DNA of 64,000 bases from Candidatus Omnitrophota bacterium (GCA_020058085.1 JAGVER010000014.1:33747-97746); one strand, 5' to 3'. Positions 46,602-62,190 are shown, numbered from the stretch's first letter. Program-made: numbers and translations. The notes: generated from the sequence alone by a model not told the origin.

Positions 46602-47939
46602 ATGGACGACGTGAGCTTAATTTGGGACCAAGCACGAAGATACTTAAAAGAACATCTTGGCGTATCGACATTTGAAACTTGGATTGCCCCGTTAATCATA
46701 AAAGCTAAAGACCAAAACAGTATTATACTCGAGGCCCCAGATGCTTTTTTCAGGGATTGGATTAAAAAAAATTACAGCGCAGCTATAGAAGCTGCGGTCA
46801 AATCCGCGAGCCTCTCCCAAATAAATATAGAAATTGGGGTAGGGGCGCAATCCGAAAGCATAGCAGATAAAAAAGAAGCGAAGAGCCCGTATACAATAGA
46901 GAGTCGTGGCCAACAGAGTCTAAAACTAAACAGTCGTTATACTTTTGAGAATTTTGTAATTGGCTCTTCCAACCGGCATGCCCATGCTTATTCTGTTGCT
47001 GTAGCAGAATCGCCCGCGAAGACCTATAATCCTTTATTTATTTACGGAGGTGTTGGGTTAGGAAAAACCCACTTAATTCAAGCCATATGCCATAAAGTTC
47101 AGGCCAATTCTAACGGAACCCTAAGAATCACCTATCTGCCTTCAGAGCAATTTACTAACGAACTAATTAGTTCCATCCAGCATCATTCTACAGCTGCTTT
47201 TAGGCAAAAATATAGAAATACCGACGTTCTGGTAATAGATGATGTCCATTTCTTCGGCGGCAAAGATTCAACTCAAGAAGAATTTTTCAACACTTTTAAC
47301 GCCCTTTATGACGCGCATAAACAAATAATCTTATCCTCTGACAGGCCACCCAAGGATATAGCAGACCTTCAAGAGAGATTGATTTCGCGCTTTGGTTGGG
47401 GCCTAACTACTGATATACAACCCCCGGATCTTGAAACACGCATCGCCATATTAAAAAAGAAGATCGAAAGAGAACCTGTTGCCGTCCCGGATGATGTAAT
47501 ATTTTTTATCGCCCAACTCATCAGAACCAACATCCGGGAATTAGAAGGCGCATTAGTCAGAACCATGGCTTACTCATTAATGGAAGAGAAACCTATTACT
47601 ATAGACTTAGCTAAAGAAGTTTTAAGAGACCTCTTAAAAGAACCCAAAAAACTTATTACTATAGATTTTATTCAAAGATGTGTAGCAGAAGAATTTGGGA
47701 TCTCCTTGGGGGATATGAAAGCCCGCCGACGCAATAAAACAATAGTGCTACCAAGACAAGTAGCCATGTATTTAAGTAGAGACTTAACTGATTTATCCCT
47801 ACCTGAGATAGGGCAGTTTTTCGGTGGCAAAGACCACACAACAGTTTTACATTCGTATAATAAAATTAAAGAAGCAATCAAGGCAGGCTCTTCGTTGACC
47901 GAAAAGATAGAAAAAATCACGCAAGTCATTAAACAGTAA
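46602..47939 (+). CDS. dnaA: Chromosomal replication initiator DnaA
   Basis: YTFENFV, YNPLFIYGGVGLGKTHL, QEEFF, NIRELEGAL, GGKDHTTV. Confidence 0.98.
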   Translation: MDDVSLIWDQARRYLKEHLGVSTFETWIAPLIIKAKDQNSIILEAPDAFFRDWIKKNYSAAIEAAVKSASLSQINIEIGVGAQSESIADKKEAKSPYTIESRGQQSLKLNSRYTFENFVIGSSNRHAHAYSVAVAESPAKTYNPLFIYGGVGLGKTHLIQAICHKVQANSNGTLRITYLPSEQFTNELISSIQHHSTAAFRQKYRNTDVLVIDDVHFFGGKDSTQEEFFNTFNALYDAHKQIILSSDRPPKDIADLQERLISRFGWGLTTDIQPPDLETRIAILKKKIEREPVAVPDDVIFFIAQLIRTNIRELEGALVRTMAYSLMEEKPITIDLAKEVLRDLLKEPKKLITIDFIQRCVAEEFGISLGDMKARRRNKTIVLPRQVAMYLSRDLTDLSLPEIGQFFGGKDHTTVLHSYNKIKEAIKAGSSLTEKIEKITQVIKQ

Positions 47940-47948
47940 TTAAGAGGG

Positions 47949-48062
47949 TTATCCAAGCTTGTTTTTTGTGTTAACTATAACTCAGGCAAGATATTGTGTG
48001 GTTTTCAACAGAAACACAAACCATTATTACTAATACTGTTTTAATATATTAAATAATAAATA
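47949..48062. other. oriC, part between dnaA and dnaN (DnaA boxes, DnaA-trio-like repeats, AT-rich unwinding element)
   Basis: TTTTCAACA GAAACACA, then CCA TTA TTA CTA ATA CTG and an almost pure A/T tract. Confidence 0.7.
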
Positions 48063-48076
48063 GTAAGGAGCGTAAA

Positions 48077-49168
48077 ATGAAGTTTAAGGTAGAAAAAAAC
48101 ATATTGATAAGCGGTATTCAAACCGTACAAAACGTTATTATTACCAAGAGTAGTTTACCCATATTGTCGAACATTTTAATAGAAACACAAGAAGATGGAT
48201 TACGTTTGACTGCCACCGATTTAGATATTGGTATAACCTGTTTAATACCTGTTAATATCCAAGAGGCGGGAGCGGTTACTGTACCAGCTAAAAGGTTTAG
48301 TGATATTATTAAGGAATTGCCCGGGAGTAGTATTAGTGTAACCACTAAAAAAAACAATCAGGTGAACATTGAAACAGATTTATGTCAATTTAAGATTATG
48401 GGTTTGGCTCGTGAAGAGTTCCCCAAGCTCCCAGAGTTTAAGGATAAAGAGGTATTTAAGTTAGAGCAGTCGGTTTTAAAAGAAATGCTCAACCTTACAT
48501 CATTTTCTGTTTCTATTGATGAAACGCGATATATTTTAAATGGGATACTGTTTAAGGTTAATAAAAATGGGCTTATTTTAGTAGCCACCGATGGTAAAAG
48601 GTTGGCGGTTGTGGAGAAAAAGCTGAATTACAGTGTAAGCCAAGAGATAAGCATTATTATTCCTATTAAAACTATCCATGAATTAAATCGTAATCTGAAA
48701 GAAGAGGGAGAGCTCTCTATTGTTTTGGGAAGTAATCAAGCGTTGTTTGATTTGGGTGGTGTTGTAATAATATCGCGGCTGATCGAAGGCGAATTTCCGG
48801 ATTATAAACAAGTTATTCCGCCAACAACAGAAAATAAATTGCGCGTGAGAAGGGAAGATCTTTTGTTGGCTGTAAAAAGAGCCGCATTGTTGTCTACTCC
48901 CGATTATCAGGCAGTTAAGTTAGAGATATTTAAGAATAAGCTTGTGGTCTCAAAGTCTACCCCGGACGTAGGAGAGTCTCGCGAGGAATTGGTGGTTGCG
49001 TACCAAGGTAAAGAATTAGCCATAGGTTTTAACCCAAACTATTTAATAGATGTTTTAAAAAATCTCGGAGAAGAGTCTATAGATATAGAACTAAGCGATA
49101 GCGAAAAACCCGGAGTTATCCGTATCGACGGTTATACATATATCGTATTACCTATGCGCATAGGTTAA
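48077..49168 (+). CDS. dnaN: DNA polymerase III beta clamp
   Basis: LPILSN, ATDL, ATDGKRL, SRLIEGEFPDY, GFN, LPMR. Confidence 0.97.
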   Translation: MKFKVEKNILISGIQTVQNVIITKSSLPILSNILIETQEDGLRLTATDLDIGITCLIPVNIQEAGAVTVPAKRFSDIIKELPGSSISVTTKKNNQVNIETDLCQFKIMGLAREEFPKLPEFKDKEVFKLEQSVLKEMLNLTSFSVSIDETRYILNGILFKVNKNGLILVATDGKRLAVVEKKLNYSVSQEISIIIPIKTIHELNRNLKEEGELSIVLGSNQALFDLGGVVIISRLIEGEFPDYKQVIPPTTENKLRVRREDLLLAVKRAALLSTPDYQAVKLEIFKNKLVVSKSTPDVGESREELVVAYQGKELAIGFNPNYLIDVLKNLGEESIDIELSDSEKPGVIRIDGYTYIVLPMRIG

Positions 49169-49172
49169 AAAG

Positions 49173-53179
<4,007 letters not shown>

Positions 53180-53198
53180 ATATTAAATGGAGGCCATT

Positions 53199-53969
53199 AT
53201 GCATCCTTGGGAAATTTTTGTTGAAGGTTTAAAGAATTGGCGGGTCAATTGGCCAAAGCTCGCAGGGATATATTTATTAATTTATATACCTCTTACTCTC
53301 TGGGATCTGCTTTGGAGTTCAAAAGGCGCGCAGCCGATCTTGGCTCAACTTGCGAGTGGCCTTATGCGTTGGGCACTCGACGCTTTCGTGATGGCAAGTT
53401 TAATTTTGTCGGTAAAAGAGCAATTAAATGCGATAGCAAGTAAGGCGATGGCTACAATGAAAGCAGCAACTAAATATTTATGGCGCTATATGTTAACTAC
53501 TTTATTGTATGGCATTATTGCCATGGGTATTATCTTATTGGCAGTTATGATTATGAGTTTTATGTTTGCTGCTTTTATCAAAATGCCGAATATAACTATT
53601 GCTGCTGTACTGATGCCTACTATCGCTATAATAGCGTGTGTGGTGATAATGGTCTATTGTGTAATTAGATTTTCGCTCTTCGGGGTCATATGTATTATGG
53701 AAGAAGTAGGGCCAGTTAGGTCGCTTAAAGCTAGCCATAGCCTGATAAAAAATAAAGTTTCGCCGGTTGTCGGGGTATTCTTTTTTATTTTATTGCTTTC
53801 CGCGTTATTGTTTATCCCGGGTTACCTCTTGATTCAAGTAATCGGGCCTAATGGCGCAGGTAATATTTTATTAGTTATTTATCAAGTTTTAGTAGGCGCG
53901 GTGGCAGTTCCTATCTGGGCATCCGTTGCGGTTATATTGTATAAAAAATTAAAAGAGGCAGTTAACTAA
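53199..53969 (+). CDS. Multi-pass membrane protein of unknown function
   Basis: About 6 hydrophobic segments; SD GGAGG before ATG 53199. Confidence 0.75.
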   Translation: MHPWEIFVEGLKNWRVNWPKLAGIYLLIYIPLTLWDLLWSSKGAQPILAQLASGLMRWALDAFVMASLILSVKEQLNAIASKAMATMKAATKYLWRYMLTTLLYGIIAMGIILLAVMIMSFMFAAFIKMPNITIAAVLMPTIAIIACVVIMVYCVIRFSLFGVICIMEEVGPVRSLKASHSLIKNKVSPVVGVFFFILLLSALLFIPGYLLIQVIGPNGAGNILLVIYQVLVGAVAVPIWASVAVILYKKLKEAVN

Positions 53970-53973
53970 AAAT

Positions 53974-56406
53974 ATGTATACTCGTAACGAGAAAATAATC
54001 CCGATTTGTATTGAAGAAGAGGTTAAGAATGCTTACTTAAATTATGCGATGAGTGTAATTGTTGGCCGTGCGCTACCGGATGTCAGAGACGGGCTTAAGC
54101 CGGTGCATAGAAGGATTCTCTATGCTATGCAAGATCTGAATCTTGATCACTCTAAACCCTACAAAAAATGCGCCCGTATCGTCGGCGAAACTATGGGTAA
54201 GTACCATCCACATGGGGATGTGGCAATTTATGATACTTTAGTAAGAATGGCGCAGGATTTTTCTCTACGCTATCCTCTTGTCGATGGCCAAGGAAACTTT
54301 GGATCAGTCGATGGGGATGCGGCTGCGGCTATGCGTTATACCGAAGCGCGTCTTGCCGCGATTTCCGATGTGATGCTCGGAGATATTGATAAGGAAACGG
54401 TTAATTTTGGCCCGAATTTCGACGCTTCTTTAAAAGAGCCCTTATTATTACCTGCGGCACTCCCTAATCTTTTGGTTAATGGCTCCAGCGGTATTGCTGT
54501 GGGCATGGCAACTAATATTCCGCCGCATAATCTCAATGAAGTAGCGGATGCGATTATTCATATTTTAGATAATCCCGCAGCGGAAATTAAAGACCTGCTG
54601 CGCTATATCAAGGGCCCGGATTTTCCGACGGGAGGAGTGATTTGTGGCAAGGCCGGGATCAAAGAAGCTTATACTACCGGGCGCGGTAAGCTCACTGTGC
54701 GCGCTAAGGCGACCGTGGAGCATCAGAAGAATGGCAAAGACCTAATTATTATTACTGAAATTCCTTATCAGGTGCAGAAGTCTTCGGTTATTGAAAACAT
54801 CGCTGATTTAGTTGACGATAAAAAGATTGAAGGTATCTCGGATATTCGCGATGAGTCAGATAAAGACGGTATGCGCATTGTCGTGGAATTAAAACGCGAG
54901 ATTGAACCGCAGCTGATCTTAAACCAGATCTTTAAACATACCCAGCTGGAAACCACCTTTGGCATTATAATGTTGGCCTTAGTAGAAAACCGGCCGCGGG
55001 TCTTAAATTTAAAACAAATTTTAGATTGCTATATTGAACATCGTAAGCTTATTGTCCGGCGCAGGACGCAGTTTGAATTGGATAAGGCCTTAAGGCGCGC
55101 GCATATTTTAGAGGGCTTGAAAATTGCGCTTAAATTTATTGACCGTATTATTAAGGTGATTAAAACATCCAAAAGTGTTGATGTCGCTAAGATAAACTTA
55201 ATGAAGGAGTTTGAACTTTCCGAAATTCAATCCCAGGCAATCTTGGAGATGCAGCTGCAGCGTTTAACCGCCCTGGAACGGGATAAACTTGAGGCCGAAT
55301 ATGCCGAGCTTTTAAAGAAAATCGAGTTTTGCCAGGCGATCTTGGCTTCAGAGAAGAGGATCGAAGGCATTATTAAAATGGAATTAGAAGATTTAAAGAA
55401 AAAATACGGCGATGAGCGCAGGACGGATATAGTCGGTGAAGTAGAGGAATTGGAAGTAGAAGATTTTATTGCCGAAGAAGATGTTGTTGTTACTATAAGC
55501 CACGGAGGCTATATTAAGCGCCTGCCGGTTAGCGCGTATCGCAAGCAAAAACGCGGCGGCACAGGCGCGACCGGGGCAGATCTCAAGGACGAAGATTTTA
55601 TTGAACATCTTTTTGTCGCTTCCACCAAAGACTATCTTTTAATTTTTACAGGCAAGGGCCAGGTACATTGGCTTAAGGTTTACGAGATACCACAGGCAAC
55701 CCGAACCTCCAAGGGTAAGGCTATAGTTAATCTAGTGCAGATGGAAGCAGGTTCTAAAATCAGTTCAACTATCCCGGTAAAGGAATTTGTCGGCGATAAG
55801 TATTTGGTGATGGCTACTAAATTAGGCCAAATTAAGAAGACTCGGCTTGACGCTTATGGTAACCCCAGAAAAGGCGGGATTATCGGGATTACTTTAGATA
55901 AAGATGATGAGTTAATCGGGGTAGAGATGACTGATGGTAAGCAGGAGTTGTTAATCGGTACCCGTCAGGGTAAGGCAATAAGATTTTCAGAGGAAAAAGT
56001 GCGCGATATGGGCAGAGGCGCGCGCGGGGTAAGAGGTATCTCTTTAGGTAAGAAAGACGAGGTTATTGATATGGTTATCCCCCAAAAAGGAGCGACCATA
56101 TTGACAGTTACTTCTTTAGGCTTTGCCAAGCGTACTACCGTTGATGAATACCGGTTGACTAGTCGCGGCGGTAAAGGGGTAATTAACATAAAAGTTACAG
56201 ATAAAAATGGTGAGGCAGTAAATTTAAAGACTGTAAATGATAATGATGAGTTGATGGTTATTACGCAGAACGGAATTTTCTTACGCTGCGCTATAAAAGA
56301 TATCCGTGAAACCGGACGTTCTGCCCAAGGTGTTCGCTTAATCAAATTGCAAGATAAGGATCATGTTTCTTGTGTTGCTCCGGTAATTGCTGAGGAAGAA
56401 GAATAG
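53974..56406 (+). CDS. gyrA: DNA gyrase subunit A
   Basis: [29 protein letters not shown], GyrA-box QKRGGTG. Confidence 0.98.
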   Translation: MYTRNEKIIPICIEEEVKNAYLNYAMSVIVGRALPDVRDGLKPVHRRILYAMQDLNLDHSKPYKKCARIVGETMGKYHPHGDVAIYDTLVRMAQDFSLRYPLVDGQGNFGSVDGDAAAAMRYTEARLAAISDVMLGDIDKETVNFGPNFDASLKEPLLLPAALPNLLVNGSSGIAVGMATNIPPHNLNEVADAIIHILDNPAAEIKDLLRYIKGPDFPTGGVICGKAGIKEAYTTGRGKLTVRAKATVEHQKNGKDLIIITEIPYQVQKSSVIENIADLVDDKKIEGISDIRDESDKDGMRIVVELKREIEPQLILNQIFKHTQLETTFGIIMLALVENRPRVLNLKQILDCYIEHRKLIVRRRTQFELDKALRRAHILEGLKIALKFIDRIIKVIKTSKSVDVAKINLMKEFELSEIQSQAILEMQLQRLTALERDKLEAEYAELLKKIEFCQAILASEKRIEGIIKMELEDLKKKYGDERRTDIVGEVEELEVEDFIAEEDVVVTISHGGYIKRLPVSAYRKQKRGGTGATGADLKDEDFIEHLFVASTKDYLLIFTGKGQVHWLKVYEIPQATRTSKGKAIVNLVQMEAGSKISSTIPVKEFVGDKYLVMATKLGQIKKTRLDAYGNPRKGGIIGITLDKDDELIGVEMTDGKQELLIGTRQGKAIRFSEEKVRDMGRGARGVRGISLGKKDEVIDMVIPQKGATILTVTSLGFAKRTTVDEYRLTSRGGKGVINIKVTDKNGEAVNLKTVNDNDELMVITQNGIFLRCAIKDIRETGRSAQGVRLIKLQDKDHVSCVAPVIAEEEE

Positions 56407-56410
56407 GTTT

Positions 56411-56485
56411 GACCCCATCGTCTAGCCTGGTCTAGGACAAGAGCTTTTCAAGCTCTCGACACGGGTTCAAATCCCGTTGGGGTCA
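56411..56485 (+). tRNA. tRNA-Glu(TTC)
   Basis: GACCCCATCGTCTAGCCTGGTCTAGGACA AGAGC TTTTCAA GCTCT...GGTTCAAATCCCGTTGGGGTCA. Confidence 0.95.
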
Positions 56486-56526
56486 TTGATATTTGAAGGC
56501 GTTGTTTCGATTTGCTTGCGCCTAGG

Positions 56527-56589
56527 TCCTTGTTGCCTGCGGCAACAAGGATTTCGCACTAGATAAAAACTTATGGTGCTCAAATTTCG
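56527..56589 (+). repeat. Repeat family R2, copy 3
   Basis: Stem TCCTTGTTGCC/GGCAACAAGGA, tail TTTCGCACTAGATAAAAACTTATGGTGCTCAAATTTCG. Confidence 0.8.
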
Positions 56590-56612
56590 CAAACAAAATT
56601 TAAGGAACTCAA

Positions 56613-58451
56613 ATGTGCGGAATAATCGGATATATTGGTGAAAGAGAAGCACAGCCTGTGCTTCTCAACGGGCTTAAGCGTCTTGAGTACCGCGGATACG
56701 ATTCAAGCGGTATGGCCGTAATCTTTCCCAAGAAAAACACCATCTCTATAAGGAAGGCTCCCGGTAAAATAAGAGACTTAGAAAAAATACTAAAAGTCAG
56801 GCCACTTTCTGGGAATACCGGTATCGCTCATAGCCGCTGGGCAACTCATGGAGCTCCCACCCAAGCTAATGCCCACCCACATGAAGATTGCAAAGGAGAG
56901 ATAGCTGTGGTTCATAATGGTATTATCGAAAATCACGAGACTTTAAAAGCACAGCTAATTAAAGAAGGCCATAAATTCCGCAGCCAAACAGATACCGAAG
57001 TAATCGTGCATCTTATTGAAAAGTTTTATAAAAAAATCCCGTTGGAGGATGCTGTTGCCTGTGCGCTTAAATTGCTGGTAGGTTCTTTTGCGATTGGAGT
57101 CATTTCTGTAAAAGAGCCTAATAAATTAGTTGGCGCGCGTTCCGGGAGCCCGTTAATTGTCGGGGTAGGTAAGAACGAAAACTTTCTTGCTTCCGATGCC
57201 CCGGCGATATTAGAATTAACCAAGGACATTATTTTTTTAGATGAGGATGAGCTGGTAGTTTTATCAAAAGATAGCCTTAAGATATCGGATTTTGAAGGAA
57301 AAACTATTTTTAAGAAACCGGTACGTATCAATTGGGATATAACGCAGGCGCAAAAAAACGGCTTTAAGCATTTCATGCTTAAGGAGATCAATGAACAACC
57401 CAGGATTTTGGAGAATATATTAAATATAAGGATAGATAAAAAATCCGGGCAGGTTATTTTTAAGGAGCAGAATGTTCCGGAAGAAAAGCTAAAAACTATT
57501 AAAGATATTTTTATTATTGCCTGCGGCACGGCGTATCACGCAGGATTAGTAGGTAAGTATGCTTTAGAATCAATTTGTGTCATTCCCACACATATAGATG
57601 TTTCCAGCGAATTTCGCTATCGGGATCTTTTAATCGGCCCGGAAACCTTAGTTGTTGCGATAAGTCAATCCGGAGAAACCGCGGATACCTTAGCTGGCGT
57701 GCGCGAGGCGCGCAAGCGCGGGGCATCCGTAATCTCAATTTGCAATGTTTTAGGTTCTACCCTGACCCGCGAATCTGACGGGATAATTTATACCTATGCA
57801 GGCCCTGAGATCGGGGTCGCCTCTACTAAGGCTTATACCGCGCAGTTAGCCGTGTTATATTTATTTGCTTTTTATCTTGCTCAAATACGCGGTGCGCTCT
57901 CGGGATTTAAAATTAATAAATATCTCGGCGCATTACGGAAAATACCCAAACAGATGGGGTTGATATTAAAAGAGCAGAATTCTATAGCGAAAGTCAGCCG
58001 CAAGTATTCGCATTTCGGTTCATTTTTATACTTAGGCAGGAATATTAATTATGCTTCGGCCTTGGAAGGTGCGCTAAAACTAAAAGAGATATCTTATATT
58101 CCTGCTGAAGGTTATGCCGCCGGCGAGATGAAACACGGCCCGATCGCCCTGATTGACGAATACCGCGCGGTAGTTTGTATTGCTGTCTCTTCAAAAGTTT
58201 ATGAAAAAATGGTTTCTAATATTCAGGAGATCCGTTCCCGTAAAGGCAAGATTATCGTTATAGCCAGCGAAGGGGATAAGGAGATTAAAGCTTTGGTCCG
58301 GGAGGTTATCTATATTCCCAGGCAGGATGAAACATTTTCTCCTCTTTTAGTTGCCCTGCCTTTGCAATTGCTAGCGTATCATATTGCGGTTAAGCGCGGT
58401 TGTGATGTTGACCAGCCGCGTAATTTAGCCAAGTCAGTTACGGTTGAATAA
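56613..58451 (+). CDS. glmS: Glutamine--fructose-6-phosphate aminotransferase
   Basis: MCGI, LEYRGYDS, RWATHG, SQSGET, C-terminal PRNLAKSVTVE. Confidence 0.98.
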   Translation: MCGIIGYIGEREAQPVLLNGLKRLEYRGYDSSGMAVIFPKKNTISIRKAPGKIRDLEKILKVRPLSGNTGIAHSRWATHGAPTQANAHPHEDCKGEIAVVHNGIIENHETLKAQLIKEGHKFRSQTDTEVIVHLIEKFYKKIPLEDAVACALKLLVGSFAIGVISVKEPNKLVGARSGSPLIVGVGKNENFLASDAPAILELTKDIIFLDEDELVVLSKDSLKISDFEGKTIFKKPVRINWDITQAQKNGFKHFMLKEINEQPRILENILNIRIDKKSGQVIFKEQNVPEEKLKTIKDIFIIACGTAYHAGLVGKYALESICVIPTHIDVSSEFRYRDLLIGPETLVVAISQSGETADTLAGVREARKRGASVISICNVLGSTLTRESDGIIYTYAGPEIGVASTKAYTAQLAVLYLFAFYLAQIRGALSGFKINKYLGALRKIPKQMGLILKEQNSIAKVSRKYSHFGSFLYLGRNINYASALEGALKLKEISYIPAEGYAAGEMKHGPIALIDEYRAVVCIAVSSKVYEKMVSNIQEIRSRKGKIIVIASEGDKEIKALVREVIYIPRQDETFSPLLVALPLQLLAYHIAVKRGCDVDQPRNLAKSVTVE

Positions 58452-59104
58452 TGCTATACATAGTTGCCACTCCAATAGGCAATCTTAAGGATATAACCTT
58501 TCGGGCTATAGAAGTTTTAAAATCCGTAGATTTGATTGCCTGCGAGGATACGCGCCACACCAAGATCCTCCTTAACCATTATGATATTCATAAACCAACG
58601 ACAAGTTTTTTCCAGCAGAATAGGTTTACCAAAGGCGAGTATATCCTGGGATTGTTAAAAGAAGGCAAAAATATCGCCCTTGTCTCTGATGCCGGTACCC
58701 CCGGCATACTTGATCCGGGTTATAATTTAATTAATTTAGCCATAAAAAATAATATCGCAATAACGGTAATTCCGGGAGCTACTGCTTTTGTGAATGCTTT
58801 AGTGCTTTCAGGAAAACCTGCGCATGAATTTATTTTTGTTGGATTTCTGCCTAACCGTTCCGGTGCGCGGAAAAATCAGCTCAAAGAGCTGATTCAACAA
58901 AAGCGCACGATCATCCTTTATGAATCCTGCCACCGCATTCTCGCTACCCTAGAGGACATCGATACGGTATTTGGCGATAGGGAGATAGTGGTAACCAGGG
59001 AACTAACCAAGAAATTTGAAGAAATAAAACGGGATAAGGCTAGTCGACTTATAGAGTATTTTGAAAAAGTAAGCCCGCGTGGCGAGTTCGTTTTGGTTAT
59101 TTAA
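58451..59104 (+). CDS. rsmI: 16S rRNA (C1402-2'-O)-methyltransferase
   Basis: LYIVATPIGNL.DIT.RA, CEDTR, VSDAGTP, RELTKKFEE. Confidence 0.95.
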   Translation: MLYIVATPIGNLKDITFRAIEVLKSVDLIACEDTRHTKILLNHYDIHKPTTSFFQQNRFTKGEYILGLLKEGKNIALVSDAGTPGILDPGYNLINLAIKNNIAITVIPGATAFVNALVLSGKPAHEFIFVGFLPNRSGARKNQLKELIQQKRTIILYESCHRILATLEDIDTVFGDREIVVTRELTKKFEEIKRDKASRLIEYFEKVSPRGEFVLVI

Positions 59105-59125
59105 TTTTGTAGGAAAGAGTTCTCA

Positions 59126-59209
59126 TCCTTGACCTCACTAGCGATCAGGCCCTTGTTGCTACGGCAACAAGGATTTCGCTGGACAAAGGCTTATTGTGCT
59201 CAAATTTCG
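59126..59209 (+). repeat. Repeat family R2, copy 4 (composite of both hairpin types)
   Basis: TCCTTGACCTCACTAGCGATC, then CCTTGTTGC/GCAACAAGG, tail ATTTCGCTGGACAAAGGCTTATTGTGCTCAAATTTCG. Confidence 0.75.
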
Positions 59210-59211
59210 TC

Positions 59212-59239
59212 TTGACAATTACGACAATAATGGTATACT
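59212..59239 (+). promoter_or_regulatory. pyr operon promoter
   Basis: TTGACA-16 bp-TATACT with extended -10 TG. Confidence 0.8.
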
Positions 59240-59257
59240 TATTCAAATATATAAAGG

Positions 59258-59291
59258 ACCTTTAAGCCCAGCTCTGTGAAGTTGGCAAGGT
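59258..59291 (+). promoter_or_regulatory. PyrR-binding loop (attenuator leader)
   Basis: ACCTTTAAG-CCCAGCTCTGTGAAGTTGG-CAAGGT resembles the consensus ARUCCNGNGAGGYU in its usual stem; lies upstream of pyrR. Confidence 0.7.
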
Positions 59292-59324
59292 AAGTATAAT
59301 GAAAGAGAGAATGATAAAAATATC

Positions 59325-59357
59325 ACCCTTGGCAAGAAATGCCAGGGGTATTTTTTT
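59325..59357 (+). terminator. Attenuator terminator of the pyr leader
   Basis: ACCCTTGGCA-AGAAA-TGCCAGGGGT followed by ATTTTTTT. Confidence 0.8.
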
Positions 59358-59375
59358 GCCTGGTTGGGAGAGAAG

Positions 59376-59921
59376 ATGAAAGAAAAAGTTAAGATTTTAG
59401 ATAAAGAGGCGGTTGCGCGGGCAATTACACGTATTGCTCACGAAATTCTTGAGAAAAATAAGAGCACAAAAGACCTCTGTCTTATAGGTATAAGAAATCG
59501 CGGGGTATATCTTGCAGAGCGTCTCGCAGATCGCATCAAAAATATTGAAGGCTCTGGCGTTTTAACCGGAGCCCTTGATATAACTTTATACCGTGATGAT
59601 TTAGCTCTTGTTTCAGGTCAACCTTTAGTGCGTAAAACCGAAATAGATTTTGATATCAATGGAAAGAATCTTGTTTTAGTGGACGATGTTTTATATACGG
59701 GGAGAACGATAAGGGCTGCACTCGATGCTTTGATTGATTTTGGCAGGCCGAGATCGATCCAATTAGCAGTTTTAGTGGATCGTGGGCATAGGGAATTGCC
59801 GATTCGTGCAGATTATGCCGGAAAAAATATTCCGACTTCCAAGGATGAATCCGTAGAAGTAAGGTTGGAGGAGACAGAGGGCGTAGACGAAGTGGTAATT
59901 ATCGGTAAAGAACTAAAATGA
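59376..59921 (+). CDS. pyrR: Pyrimidine operon attenuation protein / uracil phosphoribosyltransferase
   Basis: [43 protein letters not shown]. Confidence 0.96.
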   Translation: MKEKVKILDKEAVARAITRIAHEILEKNKSTKDLCLIGIRNRGVYLAERLADRIKNIEGSGVLTGALDITLYRDDLALVSGQPLVRKTEIDFDINGKNLVLVDDVLYTGRTIRAALDALIDFGRPRSIQLAVLVDRGHRELPIRADYAGKNIPTSKDESVEVRLEETEGVDEVVIIGKELK

Positions 59922-60880
59922 CCTGGATAAGAAAAGATTTACTGGGATTGGAAGAACTAAATAGGGAAGAATTGGAGTTAATTCTCTCTACTGCTGAATC
60001 ATTCAAAGAAGTATCCAGCCGGGAAATAAAAAAAGTTCCTGCGTTGCGTGGTAAGACCGTGGTAAATTTATTTTATGAACCTTCTACGCGCACGCGTGTA
60101 TCCTTTGAAGTGGCCGCTAAAAGGCTTTCTGCTGATGTAATTAATATCGCTACTGAAACCTCCAGTGTTAAAAAAGGAGAGACGCTGATTGATACCGGTA
60201 AAAATATCGAAGCCCTAAAAGCAGATATTATTGTTATGCGTCATAACGCTTCAGGGGCTGCGGCGATGCTTGCCCGTAACTTAAATATTAGTGTGGTTAA
60301 TGCTGGAGATGGTTGGCATGAGCATCCTACGCAGGCACTTTTGGATATATTTACTTTAAAAGAGAAATTAGGCAGAATTGAAGGTTTAAATGTAAGTATT
60401 GTCGGTGACATTGCGCATTCACGGGTAGCGCGTTCAAATATCTGGGGTCTGCTTAAATTAGGTGCTAAAGTAACTCTCTGCGCGCCTAAAATACTCATTC
60501 CTGCGGCAATAGAAGATATGGGCGTAGCCGTAACTAATGATATAGAAGAAGCCTTAGCGAAGGCAGACGCAGTAAATGTTTTGCGTATGCAGTTCGAGCG
60601 AGACGGAGAAACGGCCTTTCCTAGACAGTTGGAATACTTTAAGCAATTTGGCATTACCGCGGAGAGGCTAAAAAAGGCGAAGAAGAATATTATAGTTATG
60701 CATCCTGGGCCGGTTAACCGCGGGATTGAGATATCAAGTGAGGTTGCCGACGGCGCCAATTCGGTGATTTTAGAACAAGTGACTAATGGTATTGCTGTGC
60801 GCATGGCGGTATTATTTTTAGTGGCACAGGCTCAAGACAAATTAGCCAATATTACGAAAGATGAACCCAGCCTTTCCTAA
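59918..60880 (+). CDS. pyrB: Aspartate carbamoyltransferase catalytic subunit
   Basis: [35 protein letters not shown]. Confidence 0.97.
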   Translation: MTWIRKDLLGLEELNREELELILSTAESFKEVSSREIKKVPALRGKTVVNLFYEPSTRTRVSFEVAAKRLSADVINIATETSSVKKGETLIDTGKNIEALKADIIVMRHNASGAAAMLARNLNISVVNAGDGWHEHPTQALLDIFTLKEKLGRIEGLNVSIVGDIAHSRVARSNIWGLLKLGAKVTLCAPKILIPAAIEDMGVAVTNDIEEALAKADAVNVLRMQFERDGETAFPRQLEYFKQFGITAERLKKAKKNIIVMHPGPVNRGIEISSEVADGANSVILEQVTNGIAVRMAVLFLVAQAQDKLANITKDEPSLS

Positions 60881-60912
60881 GGGTGGGTATAGGGTATGAA
60901 AGGAAGAGCTGG

Positions 60913-62190
60913 GTGAAAATACTGATTAAAAATGGGCATGTTATAGACCCGATAAATAATTTAGACGAGGTTAGGGATATTTTAGTTGAGGGTTCTAAGA
61001 TATCTATGGTCGAAAAAAATATTAATGTAGATGCAGATAAAATAATTGAGGCAGAGGGGAAAATTGTCATGCCCGGTTGTGTTGATATGCATGTGCATTT
61101 AAGGGAACCGGGTAGAGAAGATAAAGAGACTATCTGCAGCGCAACTAAAGCCGCGCTACATGGCGGAGTTACTACTCTTTTGGCGATGCCTAATACTGAC
61201 CCGGCAATTGATTCCCTAGAGAATATCAAACTTTTAAAAGATGCGATAGCTAAAAGCGCCAAGGCAAATGTTTTCATTTGCGCAGCTATTACTAAATTCC
61301 GCCAAGGCAAGGAATTGGTTGATGTCGCTGGGCTTAAGCAGGATGGGGCGGTGGCCATCTCTGACGACGGAGCATCGGTAGATTCAGATGAATTAATGTT
61401 AGAGGCCTTACGATCTGCTCAAGAGGCAAAAATTCCGGTTATCTGCCACTCTGAAGATAAGAAATTATCAGATTCAGGGGTAGTAAACTTAGGTTTCACC
61501 TCTACCCGCTTGGGCTTAAAAGGGATATCTAAGGAATCGGAATACAAAAGAGTTGCCCGGGATATCGGATTGGCGGAAAAAACGGGCGCGGCTATACATA
61601 TCGCGCACATAAGCTGTAAAGAGTCGTTAGATATAATCGCCCGCGCCAAGAAAAAAGGAGTTAAGGTAACTTGTGAAACTGCGCCGCACTATTTTACATT
61701 TAATGAAGAGATGGTTCTGGGGTTTGATACAAACTTTAAGATGAATCCTCCTTTGCGTAGCAAGGAAGATGTTGCAGCAATAAAAGAGGGTTTAGCGAAC
61801 GGGATAATTGATGTTATTGCTTCGGATCACGCCCCGCATACGGAGAATGAAAAAGAGATAGAGTTTGAGCGAGCGGAATTCGGAGTAACCGGTTTAGAAA
61901 CAGAGTTAGCGGTTGCGATCACAGAGTTAATCGGAGCTGGTATTTTAAGTTGGAGTAAGCTTATAGAGAAAATGGCAATTAACCCCAGTCGTATCTTAGG
62001 CATAGATAAAGGTGGCTTGGGTATAGGTAAAGACGCGGATATAGCTATAGTTTCTCCGGAAAAAGAATGGATAGCCAAGAAGGAGAATTTTTTATCAAAG
62101 TCCAAGAACTCAAGTTTTATCAACAAGACCCTAAGGGGCTTTGTTGAATATACAATTTGTCAGGGCAAGGTTAATAAATGGAATTCATAG
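60913..62190 (+). CDS. pyrC: Dihydroorotase (probable GTG start)
   Basis: DMHVHLREPG, MPNT, KMNPPLR, ASDHAPH. Confidence 0.95.
   Translation: MKILIKNGHVIDPINNLDEVRDILVEGSKISMVEKNINVDADKIIEAEGKIVMPGCVDMHVHLREPGREDKETICSATKAALHGGVTTLLAMPNTDPAIDSLENIKLLKDAIAKSAKANVFICAAITKFRQGKELVDVAGLKQDGAVAISDDGASVDSDELMLEALRSAQEAKIPVICHSEDKKLSDSGVVNLGFTSTRLGLKGISKESEYKRVARDIGLAEKTGAAIHIAHISCKESLDIIARAKKKGVKVTCETAPHYFTFNEEMVLGFDTNFKMNPPLRSKEDVAAIKEGLANGIIDVIASDHAPHTENEKEIEFERAEFGVTGLETELAVAITELIGAGILSWSKLIEKMAINPSRILGIDKGGLGIGKDADIAIVSPEKEWIAKKENFLSKSKNSSFINKTLRGFVEYTICQGKVNKWNS

Noticed and set aside
56486-56612. glmS ribozyme upstream of glmS
   Set aside because: Region is short and occupied by R2 copy 3; no ribozyme core sequence recognised
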